A stretch of DNA of 33,374 nucleotides from Polaromonas sp. (GCA_031419775.1 JANOLL010000451.1:1-33374), one strand, 5' to 3'. Positions 10,019 through 20,941 are shown, numbered from the stretch's first letter. The notes: generated from the letters alone by a model not told the origin. Numbers and translations: made by a program.

Positions 10019-10927
10019 GTGGTGAGTACACCGCCCCTTCACGGCCTGTCACACCGCGGCGGCGTCGGTCCCAGCTGCGTCGGATTGCCCGCCGGTGCAT
10101 GGCCCACCATCACTGAGTTTCTGGTTGAACGTTTCCCTGCCATCTCGCGCAGCGTCTGGCTGGAACGCATGCGCCAAGGCCTGGTAGCCGACGAGTTTGG
10201 CATGGCAGTCACGGCGGAGCGCCCCTACCGTGGCCATCTGCGCGTGTACTACTACCGCGCGCTCGACGATGAGCCGCACATTCCCTTTGAGGAAGGCATT
10301 CTTTACCAGGATGAGCACCTGGTCGTTGCCGACAAACCTCACTTTCTGCCCGTCACGCCGTCGGGCCACTATCTGCAACAAACCTTGCTGGTACGCCTGA
10401 AGAACCGCCTGGGCCTGGACAACCTGACGCCGATTCACCGTATCGACCGGGAAACCGCCGGCCTTGTACTGTTCTGCAGCAGGCCGGCAGATCGCAACGC
10501 CTACCAGGGCCTGTTCAGGAATCACGCCATTCACAAGCGCTACGAGGCGCTGGCACCTTGGCGGGACAATCTGGCTTTTCCGATCACCCGAAAAAGCCGA
10601 ATTGTTGAGGATGTACCCTTTTTCAGGCAGCGTGAGGTGCCCGGCCCGGCCAACAGCGAAACCCGCATTGACCTGCTGGAAGTCATGGGCAGCCAGGCCC
10701 GTTATGCATTGAACCCGGTAACCGGTAAAAAGCACCAGCTGCGCGTCCACATGCATGCCATCGGGCTGCCAATCCAGAACGACCGGATGTATCCGCCGGT
10801 TGATCAGACACCTGATGACGACTATCGCCTGCCGCTGCAACTGCTGGCGCAATCGATTGCTTTCACTGACCCCGTGACAGGAAACCCGCGGCGGTTTGAG
10901 ACACGGCTCAAGTTAAACGCCATTTGA
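10019..10927 (+). CDS. RluA-family pseudouridine synthase
   Basis: VADKPHFLPV, HRIDRETAGL (catalytic Asp), TGKKHQLRVH, LQLLA. Confidence 0.9.
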   Translation: MVSTPPLHGLSHRGGVGPSCVGLPAGAWPTITEFLVERFPAISRSVWLERMRQGLVADEFGMAVTAERPYRGHLRVYYYRALDDEPHIPFEEGILYQDEHLVVADKPHFLPVTPSGHYLQQTLLVRLKNRLGLDNLTPIHRIDRETAGLVLFCSRPADRNAYQGLFRNHAIHKRYEALAPWRDNLAFPITRKSRIVEDVPFFRQREVPGPANSETRIDLLEVMGSQARYALNPVTGKKHQLRVHMHAIGLPIQNDRMYPPVDQTPDDDYRLPLQLLAQSIAFTDPVTGNPRRFETRLKLNAI

Positions 10928-10993
10928 TATAGAAGCCAGCGGCAGCATGGAACCGGCTATGCTCAGCCAGCCCCACCTAACCCGTTTGAAACC

Positions 10994-11992
10994 TTGAAGC
11001 CAGCCACCCCGCCCTTGTCGCCGACATTTCTCAACCTGCATGCGGACCTGCCGCCGGGCAATCTGGTCAGCCCTCTGGACCAGCTGAGCCGACAGCTGCT
11101 GGCCGCCGGAGCCAGCGTGGAGCCCAAGTATTTCTACGATGCTTTGGGTTCCAAGTTGTTTGAGGCCATTACCGCCCTCGATGAGTACTACCCGACCCGT
11201 ACCGAGGCCGCCATCTTGGAAGCTTGTCGCCCACATATTGCACAGGCTTTAAAAGTTGCCGGCATTCAAAGCCCGTGCCTGATTGACCTGGGAGCAGGCA
11301 ATTGCGCGAAGGCTGTCGAGCTGATTCCCTATCTTCAGCCGCGTCAGTATGTGCCCATCGATATTTCCGTGGCTTTTGTGCAGGGTGCGGCTGAACATGT
11401 ACAGGCTCAATTTCCGGCGCTGGATATTGTGGGACTGGGCATGGATTTTTCTGCTGGCCTGATGCTGCCCGATCTCGTGCAGGCGCATGACCGAGTCTAC
11501 TTTTATCCGGGTTCAAGCCTGGGCAACTTCAGCCCCGCTCAGGCGCTACAGTTCTTGCAGGGTCTGGCAGAACCGGGGCAAGGCCGAGCGCGTGGTCTGC
11601 TGCTGGGCATTGATCTGGTCAAGGACATCGCCACACTGGAGGCGGCTTATGACGATGCGCTGGGCCTGACCGCGGCGTTCAACAAAAATCTGCTACTCAA
11701 CCTCAATGCGCAACTCGGCGCCAACTTTGATGTACGCCAATGGCGCCACGTCGCGCTGTTCAACACGGCGAAGTCATGCATTGAAATGCACCTGGAAGCA
11801 CTGTGCGACACCACCGTGCGATGGCAAACAAATGAACGCCGCTTTGCCTGCGGAGAACGCATTCACACCGAGAGCTCCTACAAGTACACGCTACCGGGCA
11901 TGACCGCGCTGCTCAAACAAGCCGGCTTCAGCCACGTCGAGCACTGGAGCGATGCAAAAGGATGGTTTGGCGTGTTTTGGGCCGCAGTTTAA
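10994..11992 (+). CDS. egtD: L-histidine N(alpha)-methyltransferase (hercynine synthase)
   Basis: [70 protein letters not shown]. The TTG start is uncertain. Confidence 0.9.
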   Translation: MKPATPPLSPTFLNLHADLPPGNLVSPLDQLSRQLLAAGASVEPKYFYDALGSKLFEAITALDEYYPTRTEAAILEACRPHIAQALKVAGIQSPCLIDLGAGNCAKAVELIPYLQPRQYVPIDISVAFVQGAAEHVQAQFPALDIVGLGMDFSAGLMLPDLVQAHDRVYFYPGSSLGNFSPAQALQFLQGLAEPGQGRARGLLLGIDLVKDIATLEAAYDDALGLTAAFNKNLLLNLNAQLGANFDVRQWRHVALFNTAKSCIEMHLEALCDTTVRWQTNERRFACGERIHTESSYKYTLPGMTALLKQAGFSHVEHWSDAKGWFGVFWAAV

Positions 11993-14628
11993 GCCAGCCG
12001 TTCGGCCACCCAGGGCTGAACAGATTGCAGCGCCTGCGGTAATTTGGAGGCCTCGGTGCCGCCCGCCATGGCCATGTCAGCTTTGCCGCCGCCCTTGCCA
12101 CCGACCTGTTGCGCGACAAAGTTGACCAGCTCACCCGCCTTGACCTTGCCGGTCGTGTCCGCCGTTACACCCGCGGCGATTTGCACCTTGTCGCCCTCTA
12201 CCGCTGCCAGCACGATCACAGCAGTTTTGAGCTTGTCCTTAAGTTTGTCCAGGGTCTCGCGCAGCGTCTTTGCGTCCGCACCGTCCAGCTTGGCGGCCAG
12301 CACTTTCACGCCCTTGACATCGATGGCCTGCGTCATCAGCTCATCGCCTTGAGACGAGGCCAGCTTGCCCTTGAGCGCGGCCACCTCTTTTTCAAGCGTT
12401 TTCACATAATCCAATGTCTGGTCAATGCGGTGCTGCAACTCGGCCGGTGGAGCCTTGAAGGTGCTCGCAGCGGCTTCGACTGTGCTCTCAAGCGACTGCA
12501 CATAAGCCAGCGCATTGCTGCCAGTGATGGCCTCAACCCGTCGAATGCCAGCAGCCACGCCACTCTCGGCGACGATCTTGAAGAGGCCGATGTCGCCGGT
12601 GCGACCCACGTGGGTGCCGCCGCAGAGCTCCTTGCTGGAGCCAATCGTCAGCACCCGCACTACATCGCCGTATTTCTCACCGAACAGCATCACCGCACCG
12701 GATTTTTGAGCCTCTTCCATCGCCATCTCGCTGGCATCGGTGGCTGCGTTGGCCAGCACTTCGGCGTTGACCAGCGCTTCGATCTGACGGATTTGTGCGT
12801 CGGTCACCGGTGCGTTATGAGTGAAGTCAAAGCGGGTACGCTCGGCGTTGACCAGGCTGCCTTTTTGCTGCACGTGGCCGCCCAGCACCTCGCGCAAGGC
12901 CTTGTGCATCAAATGGGTGGCGCTGTGGTTGCGCACGGTTTGCGCACGTTCCTCGCTGTTAACCTGAGCCGTCACCGTATCGCCCACACGCAGGCTGCCT
13001 TCCGACAGGGTGCCGTGGTGGCCGAATACGTCGGCCTTGATCTTCAGGGTGTCTTCAACCGTAAACAACGCGCCGTCCGCGACGATGCGGCCCACATCCC
13101 CCACCTGTCCGCCGCTCTCGGCATAAAACGGCGTTGTGCTCAACACCACCACGCCGCTTTGACCGGCGCTCAGCGATGGCACTGCCACACCATCGGCGTA
13201 GAGAGCAACGACTTTGGCGGGCTCTTCAAGCAGCGTGTAACCAGTGAAGGCATGACCGTCGCCTGAATACTCAAGAGCCTTATCCATTCTGAATTTGCCA
13301 GCTGCGCGGGCCTGTGTCTTTTGCTTGTCCATCGCGGCATGAAAACCGGCTTCATCCACACTCAGGCCGCGCTCACGGCACACGTCAGCGGACAGGTCGA
13401 GCGGGAAGCCATAGGTGTCGTGCAACTTAAAGGCCACGTCGCCGGGCAAGATATGTTTCCCGTCCAGAGCGGTATCCAGAATCGACATGCCAATGTCCAG
13501 CGTTTCAAAAAAGCGCTCCTCCTCAACCCGCAACACCTCCATCACGCGCGCACCATCGGCCTTCAGGCGCGGGTAAGCGTCGCCCATCTGGGCTACCAGG
13601 TCGGGTACCAGCTTGTGGAAAAACGGTGATTTTTTCCCAAGCTTGTAGCCGTGGCGAATGGCGCGCCGGATGATTCGGCGTTGCACATAGCCGCGGCCTT
13701 CGTTTGACGGATTCACGCCGTCGCTCACGAGGAAGGCCGTGGCGCGGATGTGGTCGGCAATCACGCGAAGGCTCTTGTGGTTCAGATCGGCCTCTCCGGT
13801 TTCGCGGGCAGCGGCCTTGATCAACGCGTCAAAAATATCGATCTCGTAGTTGCTGTGCACATGCTGCAGGATGGCGGCCAGGCGTTCGAGGCCCATGCCG
13901 GTATCAACACACGGCGCAGGCAGCTTGTTCAAGGAGCCGTCTGGCTGCATGTCAAACTGCATGAACACGTGGTTCCAGATCTCGATGAAGCGGTCGCCGT
14001 CTTCGCCCGGGCTACCGGGCGGGCCACCGGCGATGTGTTCGCCGTGGTCGTAAAAAATCTCGCTGCACGGGCCGCAAGGGCCGGTATCAGCCATCATCCA
14101 GAAGTTGTCGGACGCGTACTTTTTGCCCTTGTTGTCCCCAATGCGAATCACGCGCTCGGGTGGCAATCCAATCTCCTGCGTCCAGATGTCATAGGCCTCC
14201 TGGTCGTCGATGTAGACAGTGGCGGTGAGTTTGTCAGCGGGGAGCTTGTAGACTTCGGTCAGCAGCTCCCAGCCCCACTTCAGGCTGTCGCGTTTGAAGT
14301 AGTCGCCAAAGCTCCAGTTGCCCAGCATCTCGAAAAACGTGTGGTGGCGCGCCGTGTAGCCCACGTTTTCCAGGTCGTTGTGTTTGCCACCGGCGCGCAG
14401 GCAGGCCTGCACCGACGCGGCGCGTACATAGCCGCGTTTGTCAGTGCCCAGAAACACGTCCTTGAACTGCACCATGCCGGAGTTGGTGAACATCAGAGTC
14501 GGGTCGTTGGCCGGCACCAAAGACGAAGACTGCACTACGGAATGCCCTTTGGAGGCAAAAAAATCGAGGAAGATTTTGCGAATGTCGGCAACGGAAATAA
14601 CGGGTGAAGTAGAAGTCGGAGTGCTCAT
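11989..14628 (-). CDS. alaS: Alanine--tRNA ligase
   Basis: [63 protein letters not shown]. Start set to ATG 14628 (879 aa). Confidence 0.98.
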   Translation of the reverse strand: MSTPTSTSPVISVADIRKIFLDFFASKGHSVVQSSSLVPANDPTLMFTNSGMVQFKDVFLGTDKRGYVRAASVQACLRAGGKHNDLENVGYTARHHTFFEMLGNWSFGDYFKRDSLKWGWELLTEVYKLPADKLTATVYIDDQEAYDIWTQEIGLPPERVIRIGDNKGKKYASDNFWMMADTGPCGPCSEIFYDHGEHIAGGPPGSPGEDGDRFIEIWNHVFMQFDMQPDGSLNKLPAPCVDTGMGLERLAAILQHVHSNYEIDIFDALIKAAARETGEADLNHKSLRVIADHIRATAFLVSDGVNPSNEGRGYVQRRIIRRAIRHGYKLGKKSPFFHKLVPDLVAQMGDAYPRLKADGARVMEVLRVEEERFFETLDIGMSILDTALDGKHILPGDVAFKLHDTYGFPLDLSADVCRERGLSVDEAGFHAAMDKQKTQARAAGKFRMDKALEYSGDGHAFTGYTLLEEPAKVVALYADGVAVPSLSAGQSGVVVLSTTPFYAESGGQVGDVGRIVADGALFTVEDTLKIKADVFGHHGTLSEGSLRVGDTVTAQVNSEERAQTVRNHSATHLMHKALREVLGGHVQQKGSLVNAERTRFDFTHNAPVTDAQIRQIEALVNAEVLANAATDASEMAMEEAQKSGAVMLFGEKYGDVVRVLTIGSSKELCGGTHVGRTGDIGLFKIVAESGVAAGIRRVEAITGSNALAYVQSLESTVEAAASTFKAPPAELQHRIDQTLDYVKTLEKEVAALKGKLASSQGDELMTQAIDVKGVKVLAAKLDGADAKTLRETLDKLKDKLKTAVIVLAAVEGDKVQIAAGVTADTTGKVKAGELVNFVAQQVGGKGGGKADMAMAGGTEASKLPQALQSVQPWVAERLA

Positions 14629-14710
14629 GGTGTGCCAGGTGGGATCGTCTGCAGCCAAATACAATTTGGTTATAGACCGCATGAAAATGCGCGATGTGAC
14701 TAGAGAATGC

Positions 14711-14716
14711 ATTATA
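14711..14716 (-). promoter_or_regulatory. Putative -10 box (TATAAT) for alaS
   Basis: Plus-strand ATTATA is a consensus hexamer; no good -35 seen. Confidence 0.4.
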
Positions 14717-14823
14717 AGTTTGACCCCCAAGCAGGAATCTCTGCATAGCCAGGCCGTAAGCGTTATGCTGAAAAGCTGTCGCACCCGGCAAATCTGCCCC
14801 AAACACCCCTGAAAGTAAGCACC

Positions 14824-16302
14824 ATGGACATGAAGACTTCACCCCTGTCGTTGCTCAAGGATCCCAGTCTCTTAAAAACCGATGCGCTGGTTGCTGGCCA
14901 TTGGCTCGCCGGCCCGTCCCGGTTTGATGTGAATGACCCTGCGACCGGGCTCAAACTGGCGGATGTCGCCAACTTGGGAGCCCAGGACGCCGAGGCAGCC
15001 ATCGCTGCTGCCAATGCAGCCTTGCCCCAGTGGCGCAACAAAACGGGCAAGGAACGGCATGCCATTTTGATGAAGTGGTACCAATTGCTGGTCGCGAATC
15101 AGGAGGATCTGGGCCGCATCCTGACCGCCGAGCAGGGCAAGCCTTACGCCGAGGCCAAGGGTGAAATCGTCTACGGGGCCAGCTTTGTCGAGTGGTTTGC
15201 AGAAGAAGCCAAACGCGTCAACGGCGAAACACTGCCCCAGTTTGACAACAATCGCCGCCTGATGGTGATCAAGCAGCCGATCGGCGTCTGCGCGGCCATC
15301 ACGCCCTGGAACTTCCCGCTGGCGATGATCACCCGTAAGGTGGCACCGGCCCTGGCAGCCGGCTGCACGGTGGTCATCAAACCGGCTGAACTCACGCCAC
15401 TGACGGCTTTGGCCGCAGCCGAGTTGGCCATGCGCGCAGGCATCCCGGCCGGCGTACTGAACGTCATCAGCGCCGATGCGGACAACAGCATCGCGATCGG
15501 CAAGGTCCTGTGCGCCAGCGATGTGATACGGCATTTGAGCTTCACCGGCTCGACCGAGGTAGGCCGTATTCTGATGGCCCAAAGCGCCCCATCCGTCAAA
15601 AAGCTCTCATTGGAACTGGGTGGCAACGCACCCTTCATCGTCTTTGACGATGCCCATGTCGATTCAGCCGTGGAGGGCGCCATGGCCAGCAAGTACCGCA
15701 ACGCCGGGCAGACCTGCGTTTGCGCCAACCGCATTTACGTTCAGGATGGCGTATACGACCAATTTGTTGAAAAGTTTGCGGCAAAAGTCAAGGCACTTAA
15801 GGTCGGCAACGGCTTTGACGAAGGTATCTCACAGGGGCCACTCATCGAGGATGCAGCGGTAGCCAAGGTGCAGCGTCACGTGGCCGACGCACTGGCCAAA
15901 GGCGGCAAACTGCTGGCCGGCGGTCACAAGCTGGCAGGTCAGTTTTTTGAGCCTACGGTGATCGCTAACGCAAGCGCCAATATGCTCTGCGCCACGGAGG
16001 AAACCTTTGGTCCGTTCGCACCGGTTTTCCGGTTCAAGCTGGAGCAGGAAGCCGTCGACGCAGCCAACAACACCGAATTCGGCCTGGCCAGCTATTTCTA
16101 CAGCCGCGACATTGGCCGCATCTACCGGATCGCCGAGGCACTTGAGTACGGCATGGTGGGGATCAACGTTGGCGTGATCGCAACTGAGCACGTCCCGTTT
16201 GGCGGCGTCAAGCATTCTGGTCTGGGCCGCGAGGGGTCCAGCCATGGCATGGAGGAATACTTGGAGATGAAGTACCTCTGCCTGGGTGATATCCAGAAAT
16301 AA
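14824..16302 (+). CDS. gabD: NAD(P)-dependent succinate-semialdehyde dehydrogenase
   Basis: [62 protein letters not shown]. Confidence 0.9.
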   Translation: MDMKTSPLSLLKDPSLLKTDALVAGHWLAGPSRFDVNDPATGLKLADVANLGAQDAEAAIAAANAALPQWRNKTGKERHAILMKWYQLLVANQEDLGRILTAEQGKPYAEAKGEIVYGASFVEWFAEEAKRVNGETLPQFDNNRRLMVIKQPIGVCAAITPWNFPLAMITRKVAPALAAGCTVVIKPAELTPLTALAAAELAMRAGIPAGVLNVISADADNSIAIGKVLCASDVIRHLSFTGSTEVGRILMAQSAPSVKKLSLELGGNAPFIVFDDAHVDSAVEGAMASKYRNAGQTCVCANRIYVQDGVYDQFVEKFAAKVKALKVGNGFDEGISQGPLIEDAAVAKVQRHVADALAKGGKLLAGGHKLAGQFFEPTVIANASANMLCATEETFGPFAPVFRFKLEQEAVDAANNTEFGLASYFYSRDIGRIYRIAEALEYGMVGINVGVIATEHVPFGGVKHSGLGREGSSHGMEEYLEMKYLCLGDIQK

Positions 16303-16323
16303 AACGCCTGGCGCGCGGGCGTT
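16303..16323 (+). terminator. Possible hairpin after gabD (AACGCCTG-GCGCG-CGGGCGTT)
   Basis: 8-bp stem with one G.U pair; weak U tail. Confidence 0.3.
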
Positions 16324-16370
16324 CTACCCGAGCTCGACTGGCCTAGTGCGTTCGGCTACACGGCTGCATT

Positions 16371-16376
16371 TACAAT
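16371..16376 (+). promoter_or_regulatory. Putative -10 box (TACAAT) for tRNA-Gly
   Basis: Lies 9 nt before the mature tRNA 5' end. Confidence 0.5.
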
Positions 16377-16385
16377 CGAAATCGC

Positions 16386-16459
16386 GCGGGTGTAGTTCAA
16401 TGGCAGAACGGCAGCTTCCCAAGCTTCATACGAGGGTTCGATTCCCTTCACCCGCTCCA
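16386..16459 (+). tRNA. tRNA-Gly (CCC)
   Basis: 74 nt. Acceptor stem GCGGGTG/CACCCGC, anticodon loop TTCCCAA (CCC at 16418-16420), T-arm GGTTCGATTCC, U73 and encoded CCA. Confidence 0.97.
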
Positions 16460-16465
16460 CACCAG

Positions 16466-17392
16466 TCACTTCTTTTGGGCAGCCGCTTGAATTCCCCACT
16501 CGGGACTGCCCTGAAAATGGTCTCTTAAAAATTCCAGAAAAAGGCGTATTCGGCCAGGCAGGTTTCGCCTGCTCGGGTACATCGCGTAAATATCCAGTCC
16601 GTCGGGCTGGTAGTCTGGCAAAACTATTTTCAGCCGGCCGTCCTGAATGTCTTGCATCACCATGTAATTTGGATGCATGGATATTCCTTGGCCCAACAGT
16701 GCAGCATGCCTTAAGGGTTCACCAAAATTAGCCCGCATGGAACCCGACACCCGTACCGATTGTTTACCGTAGGGACCGGTAAAGGTCCAAAAGTTGGTGG
16801 GTGCCTTAAGCGCGTGCACCAGACAATCGTGCCCGGTCAGGTCATCTGGCGTTTGCGGCTTGCCGCGTGCAGCGAGATAAGTCTGCGAGGCCACCAGCAG
16901 CTGCGGCACACTGCCAAGCTTTTGCGCCACCAGACTGGTGTCTTTCAATGAAGGTGCAATCCGCAAAGACAAATCCAAGCCTTCAGCTGCAATGTCAACC
17001 CGACCGTCATCCAGATGCAGGGCGAACTGAATGTCAGGGTGGATCGCCGAGAAGGCCGTTACCAGCGGCACCAGATGGGCTGCACCAAACGATGGCGGCG
17101 TTCCCACCCGAATCGTGCCTTTCGAATCCTTGACAGCACCGCGGACTGCTGCTTCCAATGCATCAAGGCCATCGAGCAGGTTCTGACCGCCTTCCAGCAA
17201 GGACAGACCTGCCTCTGTCAGGCTGACGCTCTTGGTGGTTCTGGCCAATAGTTGAGCACCGAGCAGATCTTCGAGCCACTTCACATGCTTGGTGACGTTT
17301 CCCTTGGCCATACCCAAACGCTGTGCAGCCGCGGTGAAACTTCGTCCCCTGGCGACCTCGGAAAAAATTTCAATCGCCTTCAAACGATCCAT
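16466..17392 (-). CDS. LysR family regulator (CrgA/DmlR-like)
   Basis: MDRLKAIEIFSEVARGRSFTAAAQRLG, LLARTTKSVSLTEAG, IYAMYPSRRNLPGRIRLFLEFL. Confidence 0.93.
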   Translation of the reverse strand: MDRLKAIEIFSEVARGRSFTAAAQRLGMAKGNVTKHVKWLEDLLGAQLLARTTKSVSLTEAGLSLLEGGQNLLDGLDALEAAVRGAVKDSKGTIRVGTPPSFGAAHLVPLVTAFSAIHPDIQFALHLDDGRVDIAAEGLDLSLRIAPSLKDTSLVAQKLGSVPQLLVASQTYLAARGKPQTPDDLTGHDCLVHALKAPTNFWTFTGPYGKQSVRVSGSMRANFGEPLRHAALLGQGISMHPNYMVMQDIQDGRLKIVLPDYQPDGLDIYAMYPSRRNLPGRIRLFLEFLRDHFQGSPEWGIQAAAQKK

Positions 17393-17401
17393 AACGGATT
17401 G

Positions 17402-17424
17402 ATAGTTTCCAAAATGAGAACAAT
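17402..17424. promoter_or_regulatory. LysR binding site ATaGTT-N11-AACaAT
   Basis: Symmetric T(17407)-N11-A(17419) motif just upstream of the LysR start. Confidence 0.6.
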
Positions 17425-17545
17425 ATATTCCGGTTCAGAGGCTATGTCGAGCGCGTGTGAATACCTAGAATCCAAAATGGTTGCAAGCCGACCCTCTCAT
17501 GCGTTTAGCCACCCTGATAGGGAACTCAACAAAATAGGAAACTGG

Positions 17546-17983
17546 ATGACTGCAGATGTGGGCTTGGCGCTATCAGGTTGCACCCAGGTGATGCATGAGA
17601 TGTTCCATGCCCTCGACACCGCCAATTACGAGCGACTGGTGAAAACCTTTGCACCAGACGGTACGCTGCTCCGCCAGGGTGAACTTTTGCAAGGCAGAAA
17701 CCAGATCATGAAAGCCATGCAAAAAAGGTCCGCCACGCAGCGCATCCGGCACGTGATCAGTAACATCTTCGTGGATTCTCAGTCTTTAGGACTCACACAT
17801 CTGGTGGCCTACATGACAGCCTACCGCTTCGACGACGGCACCGTGCACACTGGACCGGTTGCCATCAGCCGCCCATTCCGCATGTCAATTGTTCACGCCG
17901 CGATGCAGCCGGCTGACGACTCATGGCAGTTTGCGGCCATGACCTTCACTCCAGAATTTGATTTTGCAAGCGACGCGACCTGA
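17546..17983 (+). CDS. SnoaL-like / NTF2-fold protein
   Basis: FHALDTANYERLVKTFAPDG, GRNQI, RIRHVISN, WQFA. ATG 17546 follows AGGA. Confidence 0.72.
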   Translation: MTADVGLALSGCTQVMHEMFHALDTANYERLVKTFAPDGTLLRQGELLQGRNQIMKAMQKRSATQRIRHVISNIFVDSQSLGLTHLVAYMTAYRFDDGTVHTGPVAISRPFRMSIVHAAMQPADDSWQFAAMTFTPEFDFASDAT

Positions 17984-18049
17984 ATTTCTTCGGTTAATCC
18001 ATAAGCCTCTCACGATCAGATACCCCTTGAACCCAACTAAGGAACCATC

Positions 18050-18928
18050 ATGAAATTTATCCCCAGTGGCCAGTCCCTCGGTGCGCGCGTGGAAGGTCTT
18101 GACCTTTCAAAACCTTTGTCTGATGAAACGTTCAAAGCTCTGGAGCAAGCGCTGGGACACTATGGCGTATTGAGCTATCCCAAGCAAACCCTGACCTCCC
18201 TGCAGCTCAAGCAATTTTCTGAGCGATTTGGCCGTCTGGAAATTAACGTCGCCAATCTGTTTCAGGAGCCAGGGCTGCCTGAGGTCATGATTCTTTCGAA
18301 CAAGGTCGAAAACGGCAAACCACTTGGAATGAGCGACGCGGGTCAAGACTGGCATACCGACATGTCCTACAGCAGCATGATTGCCTTCACCAATGTTCTG
18401 TATGGCATTGAAATTCCGCACCGCAACGGCGAACCCTTGGGCAATACCGAGTTTTGCAATATGCATGCCGCTTATGAAGATCTGCCGGCAGAGATGAAAT
18501 CGAAATTGGCAGGCATGACGGTCACCCATGACTTCGCCAAATTCTGGGACAAGATGCGAAGCGAAAAAGGCAGTACCCGGCCAGCGCTTACCGATGCGCA
18601 GCGAAAAGCCAAACCACCGGTCTCTCACCCCATCTTCCTCAAGCATCCCATCACTGGAAAATTTGTGCTGTATGCCAATCCAGGCTACTCGATTCGTATC
18701 AATGAATTGCCAGAGCAAGAGAGTGATCGGATTTTGGCCTTCCTGTCGGAGCACCAGCTTCAGGCCAAATACCAATACCGTCATCGCTGGAGTGTGGGCG
18801 ACGTCCTGATGTGGGACAACATGGGAACACTGCATAACGCGGTGCCTGATTACCGGCCCGATGAGCACCGCTACATCAAGCGCTGCCAGGTAATGGCCAA
18901 CCGCTATTTTGAAGAGACCACCGCGTGA
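18050..18928 (+). CDS. TauD/TfdA family Fe(II)/2-oxoglutarate dioxygenase
   Basis: LGARVEGLDLSKPL, WHTDMSY (HxD), TEFCNMHAAYEDL, HPITG, WDNMGTLH, RYIKR. RBS AAGGA. Confidence 0.92.
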   Translation: MKFIPSGQSLGARVEGLDLSKPLSDETFKALEQALGHYGVLSYPKQTLTSLQLKQFSERFGRLEINVANLFQEPGLPEVMILSNKVENGKPLGMSDAGQDWHTDMSYSSMIAFTNVLYGIEIPHRNGEPLGNTEFCNMHAAYEDLPAEMKSKLAGMTVTHDFAKFWDKMRSEKGSTRPALTDAQRKAKPPVSHPIFLKHPITGKFVLYANPGYSIRINELPEQESDRILAFLSEHQLQAKYQYRHRWSVGDVLMWDNMGTLHNAVPDYRPDEHRYIKRCQVMANRYFEETTA

Positions 18929-19848
18929 AAGTCATTACTTATCGACAAGGCGGTGAGGTCTTGACAGGCGTGGTGATTGGCAAGCAGGTGCTGAACATCT
19001 CGCCGTGGATAGCCAGCTTGCCTGTATCGGCAGAAGCGGAGCAGCGTCACTTGCAAGCTGGCACCTCAATCCCTGCGGACGGCATCATGCGCTGGCTTCA
19101 ATCGGGTGGCGCCGCCATCCCGAAACTCGCTGAATACGTGCGCACGGCATTGCTGGAACCCAATCACAGCATGACTCTGCTGGGCAGCATCCAGCTTTAT
19201 GCTCCGGTTCCCAGACCCGGGAAAATCATCGGTGTTGGACGGAATTACGCCGACCATGCCAAGGAAACCGGCGTCGCGCCGTTTGAGAAACCACGCATTA
19301 TTTTCATGATGCCGTCGTCGGTTGCGGCTCCTGGGTCGCCCGTTCGGCGACCCGCTGGTGTCACCAAGATGGATTTTGAAGCCGAGCTGGCGGTTGTCAT
19401 GGGTGGCTACGGCAAAGACATTCCGGAAACCGAAGCCCTGTCACTGGTCGCTGGCTACACCGTCTTGAACGACCTCAGTGCGCGCGAATTCCAGTTTGAT
19501 ATTTCACCCGCACAGACCACTTTTGCCAAGAGTATGGATGGCTTCACGCCCATGGGACCCTGGCTGGTGACCCGGGATGAAGTACCTGATCCTCAGACGC
19601 TGGACGTGTCGTGCTGGCTCAACGGCGTATCCATGCAACTTGGCCATACAGCCGACATGCTGTTTCCGGTTGCTACGCTGATTGCTTATGTTTCTCGCTT
19701 CATGACGCTGGAGCCTGGTGATGTGATTGCGACCGGAACTCCGGCAGGCATTGGCGCTTTCAGAACACCACCGGTTTATCTGAAACCGGGTGACCACCTC
19801 AAGTTTGAAGTGTCCCAGGTGGGCAGCATGGAACACCTGATTGCATAA
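18925..19848 (+). CDS. Fumarylacetoacetate hydrolase superfamily protein
   Basis: GKIIGVGRNYADH, DFEAELAVV, NDLSARE, AKSMDGFTPMGP, GDVIATGTPAG. GTGA overlap with the TauD stop. Confidence 0.92.
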   Translation: MKVITYRQGGEVLTGVVIGKQVLNISPWIASLPVSAEAEQRHLQAGTSIPADGIMRWLQSGGAAIPKLAEYVRTALLEPNHSMTLLGSIQLYAPVPRPGKIIGVGRNYADHAKETGVAPFEKPRIIFMMPSSVAAPGSPVRRPAGVTKMDFEAELAVVMGGYGKDIPETEALSLVAGYTVLNDLSAREFQFDISPAQTTFAKSMDGFTPMGPWLVTRDEVPDPQTLDVSCWLNGVSMQLGHTADMLFPVATLIAYVSRFMTLEPGDVIATGTPAGIGAFRTPPVYLKPGDHLKFEVSQVGSMEHLIA

Positions 19849-19915
19849 GGCGCAAAAAGCGCCACACTGGCAGCAGCCAGCCACTTCTCAGAAAACGACA
19901 CAACGGAGACACACC

Positions 19916-20902
19916 ATGACACCATCCATCTTGAAGTTTCTTACTGCTGCTGCCATCAGTATGGGGGCGCTTTCTGCGGCGCAAGCGGCAGACCCCTATC
20001 CCAACAAGCCCATACGGCTTTTGGTTGGCTTTGCAGCGGGCGGTCCAACCGATGTGATTGCCCGCGTCCTCGCACGCGACATGTCTGTGACGCTGGGTCA
20101 GTCGATTGTTGTTGACAACAAGGCCGGTGCCAGTTCCATGATTGCGACCAGAGAGGTCAAAGGTGCGGCACCAGATGGCTACACCCTGCTTTTTTCGTCT
20201 CTTGGTTTAAACGTCAATCCGATCCTGCTCGGTGATCAGGCGGGATTCAATCCAAAAACGGATTTCGCGCCGATCGGCAACGCTGCGACACTTCCGCTGG
20301 TAGCCGTCACGGCCTTCGATGCGCCCATCAAAACGATGCCCGAACTGCTCAAGAAAGCCCGTACCAAGCCGGAAGCCGTAAGCTTTGCGTCGTCGGGTAG
20401 CGGGGGCTCGGGTCACCTTGCTGGCGAATTGCTCGCCACTCTGGCGAAGGCCAAAATGCTGCATGTACCCTACAAAGGAAATGGTCCGGCACTGCTGGAA
20501 GTCATGGCGGGCCGGGTGGACTACATGTTTTATCCGGTGATTGGAATTGCTGACAATCTGGCCGCCAAGCGCATCAGCATCCTAGCAGTGGGCACTGCAA
20601 AAAGACTGCCGCAATTCCCGGACACGCCCACCATGGCTGAATCGGGTTTCCCGGGATTTGAAGAAACCGCGCCTTGGGTGGGTATGCTCGCACCGGCCAA
20701 AACGCCTGCTGATATCGTCAATCGACTGAACGATGCGATGGTCAAGGCCTTGGCCAAACCCGACGTCAGGACACAGCTCGAAAAGCTCGGTGCGGTGATC
20801 GTAGGGGATTCTCCATCAGCGTTCACCGCCTATCTCAAACGCGACTATGACCGCTGGGAAAACGTTATCAAAACAGCGGCCATCAAGCCCGAAGTGAACT
20901 AA
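19916..20902 (+). CDS. Bug/TctC tripartite tricarboxylate transporter substrate-binding protein
   Basis: Signal peptide, YPNKPIRLLVGFAAGGPTD, HVPYKG. ATG 19916 follows GGAG. Confidence 0.93.
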   Translation: MTPSILKFLTAAAISMGALSAAQAADPYPNKPIRLLVGFAAGGPTDVIARVLARDMSVTLGQSIVVDNKAGASSMIATREVKGAAPDGYTLLFSSLGLNVNPILLGDQAGFNPKTDFAPIGNAATLPLVAVTAFDAPIKTMPELLKKARTKPEAVSFASSGSGGSGHLAGELLATLAKAKMLHVPYKGNGPALLEVMAGRVDYMFYPVIGIADNLAAKRISILAVGTAKRLPQFPDTPTMAESGFPGFEETAPWVGMLAPAKTPADIVNRLNDAMVKALAKPDVRTQLEKLGAVIVGDSPSAFTAYLKRDYDRWENVIKTAAIKPEVN

Positions 20903-20941
20903 ATCACTGCGCGTTTTTACCCCCGTTTAGTCGAGGCGCCA

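Noticed and set aside
12109-14607. Long plus-strand ORFs (385 aa, 285 aa) opposite alaS
   Set aside because: Typical antisense open frames caused by codon bias.
14629-14802. 58-aa N-terminal extension of AlaS, or a leader peptide
   Set aside because: It spans the likely promoter (TATAAT at 14716-14711) and shows no attenuator or Ala-codon run.
17252-17545. Long N-terminus of the SnoaL-like ORF
   Set aside because: It overlaps the LysR gene and its operator; an RBS supports ATG 17546.
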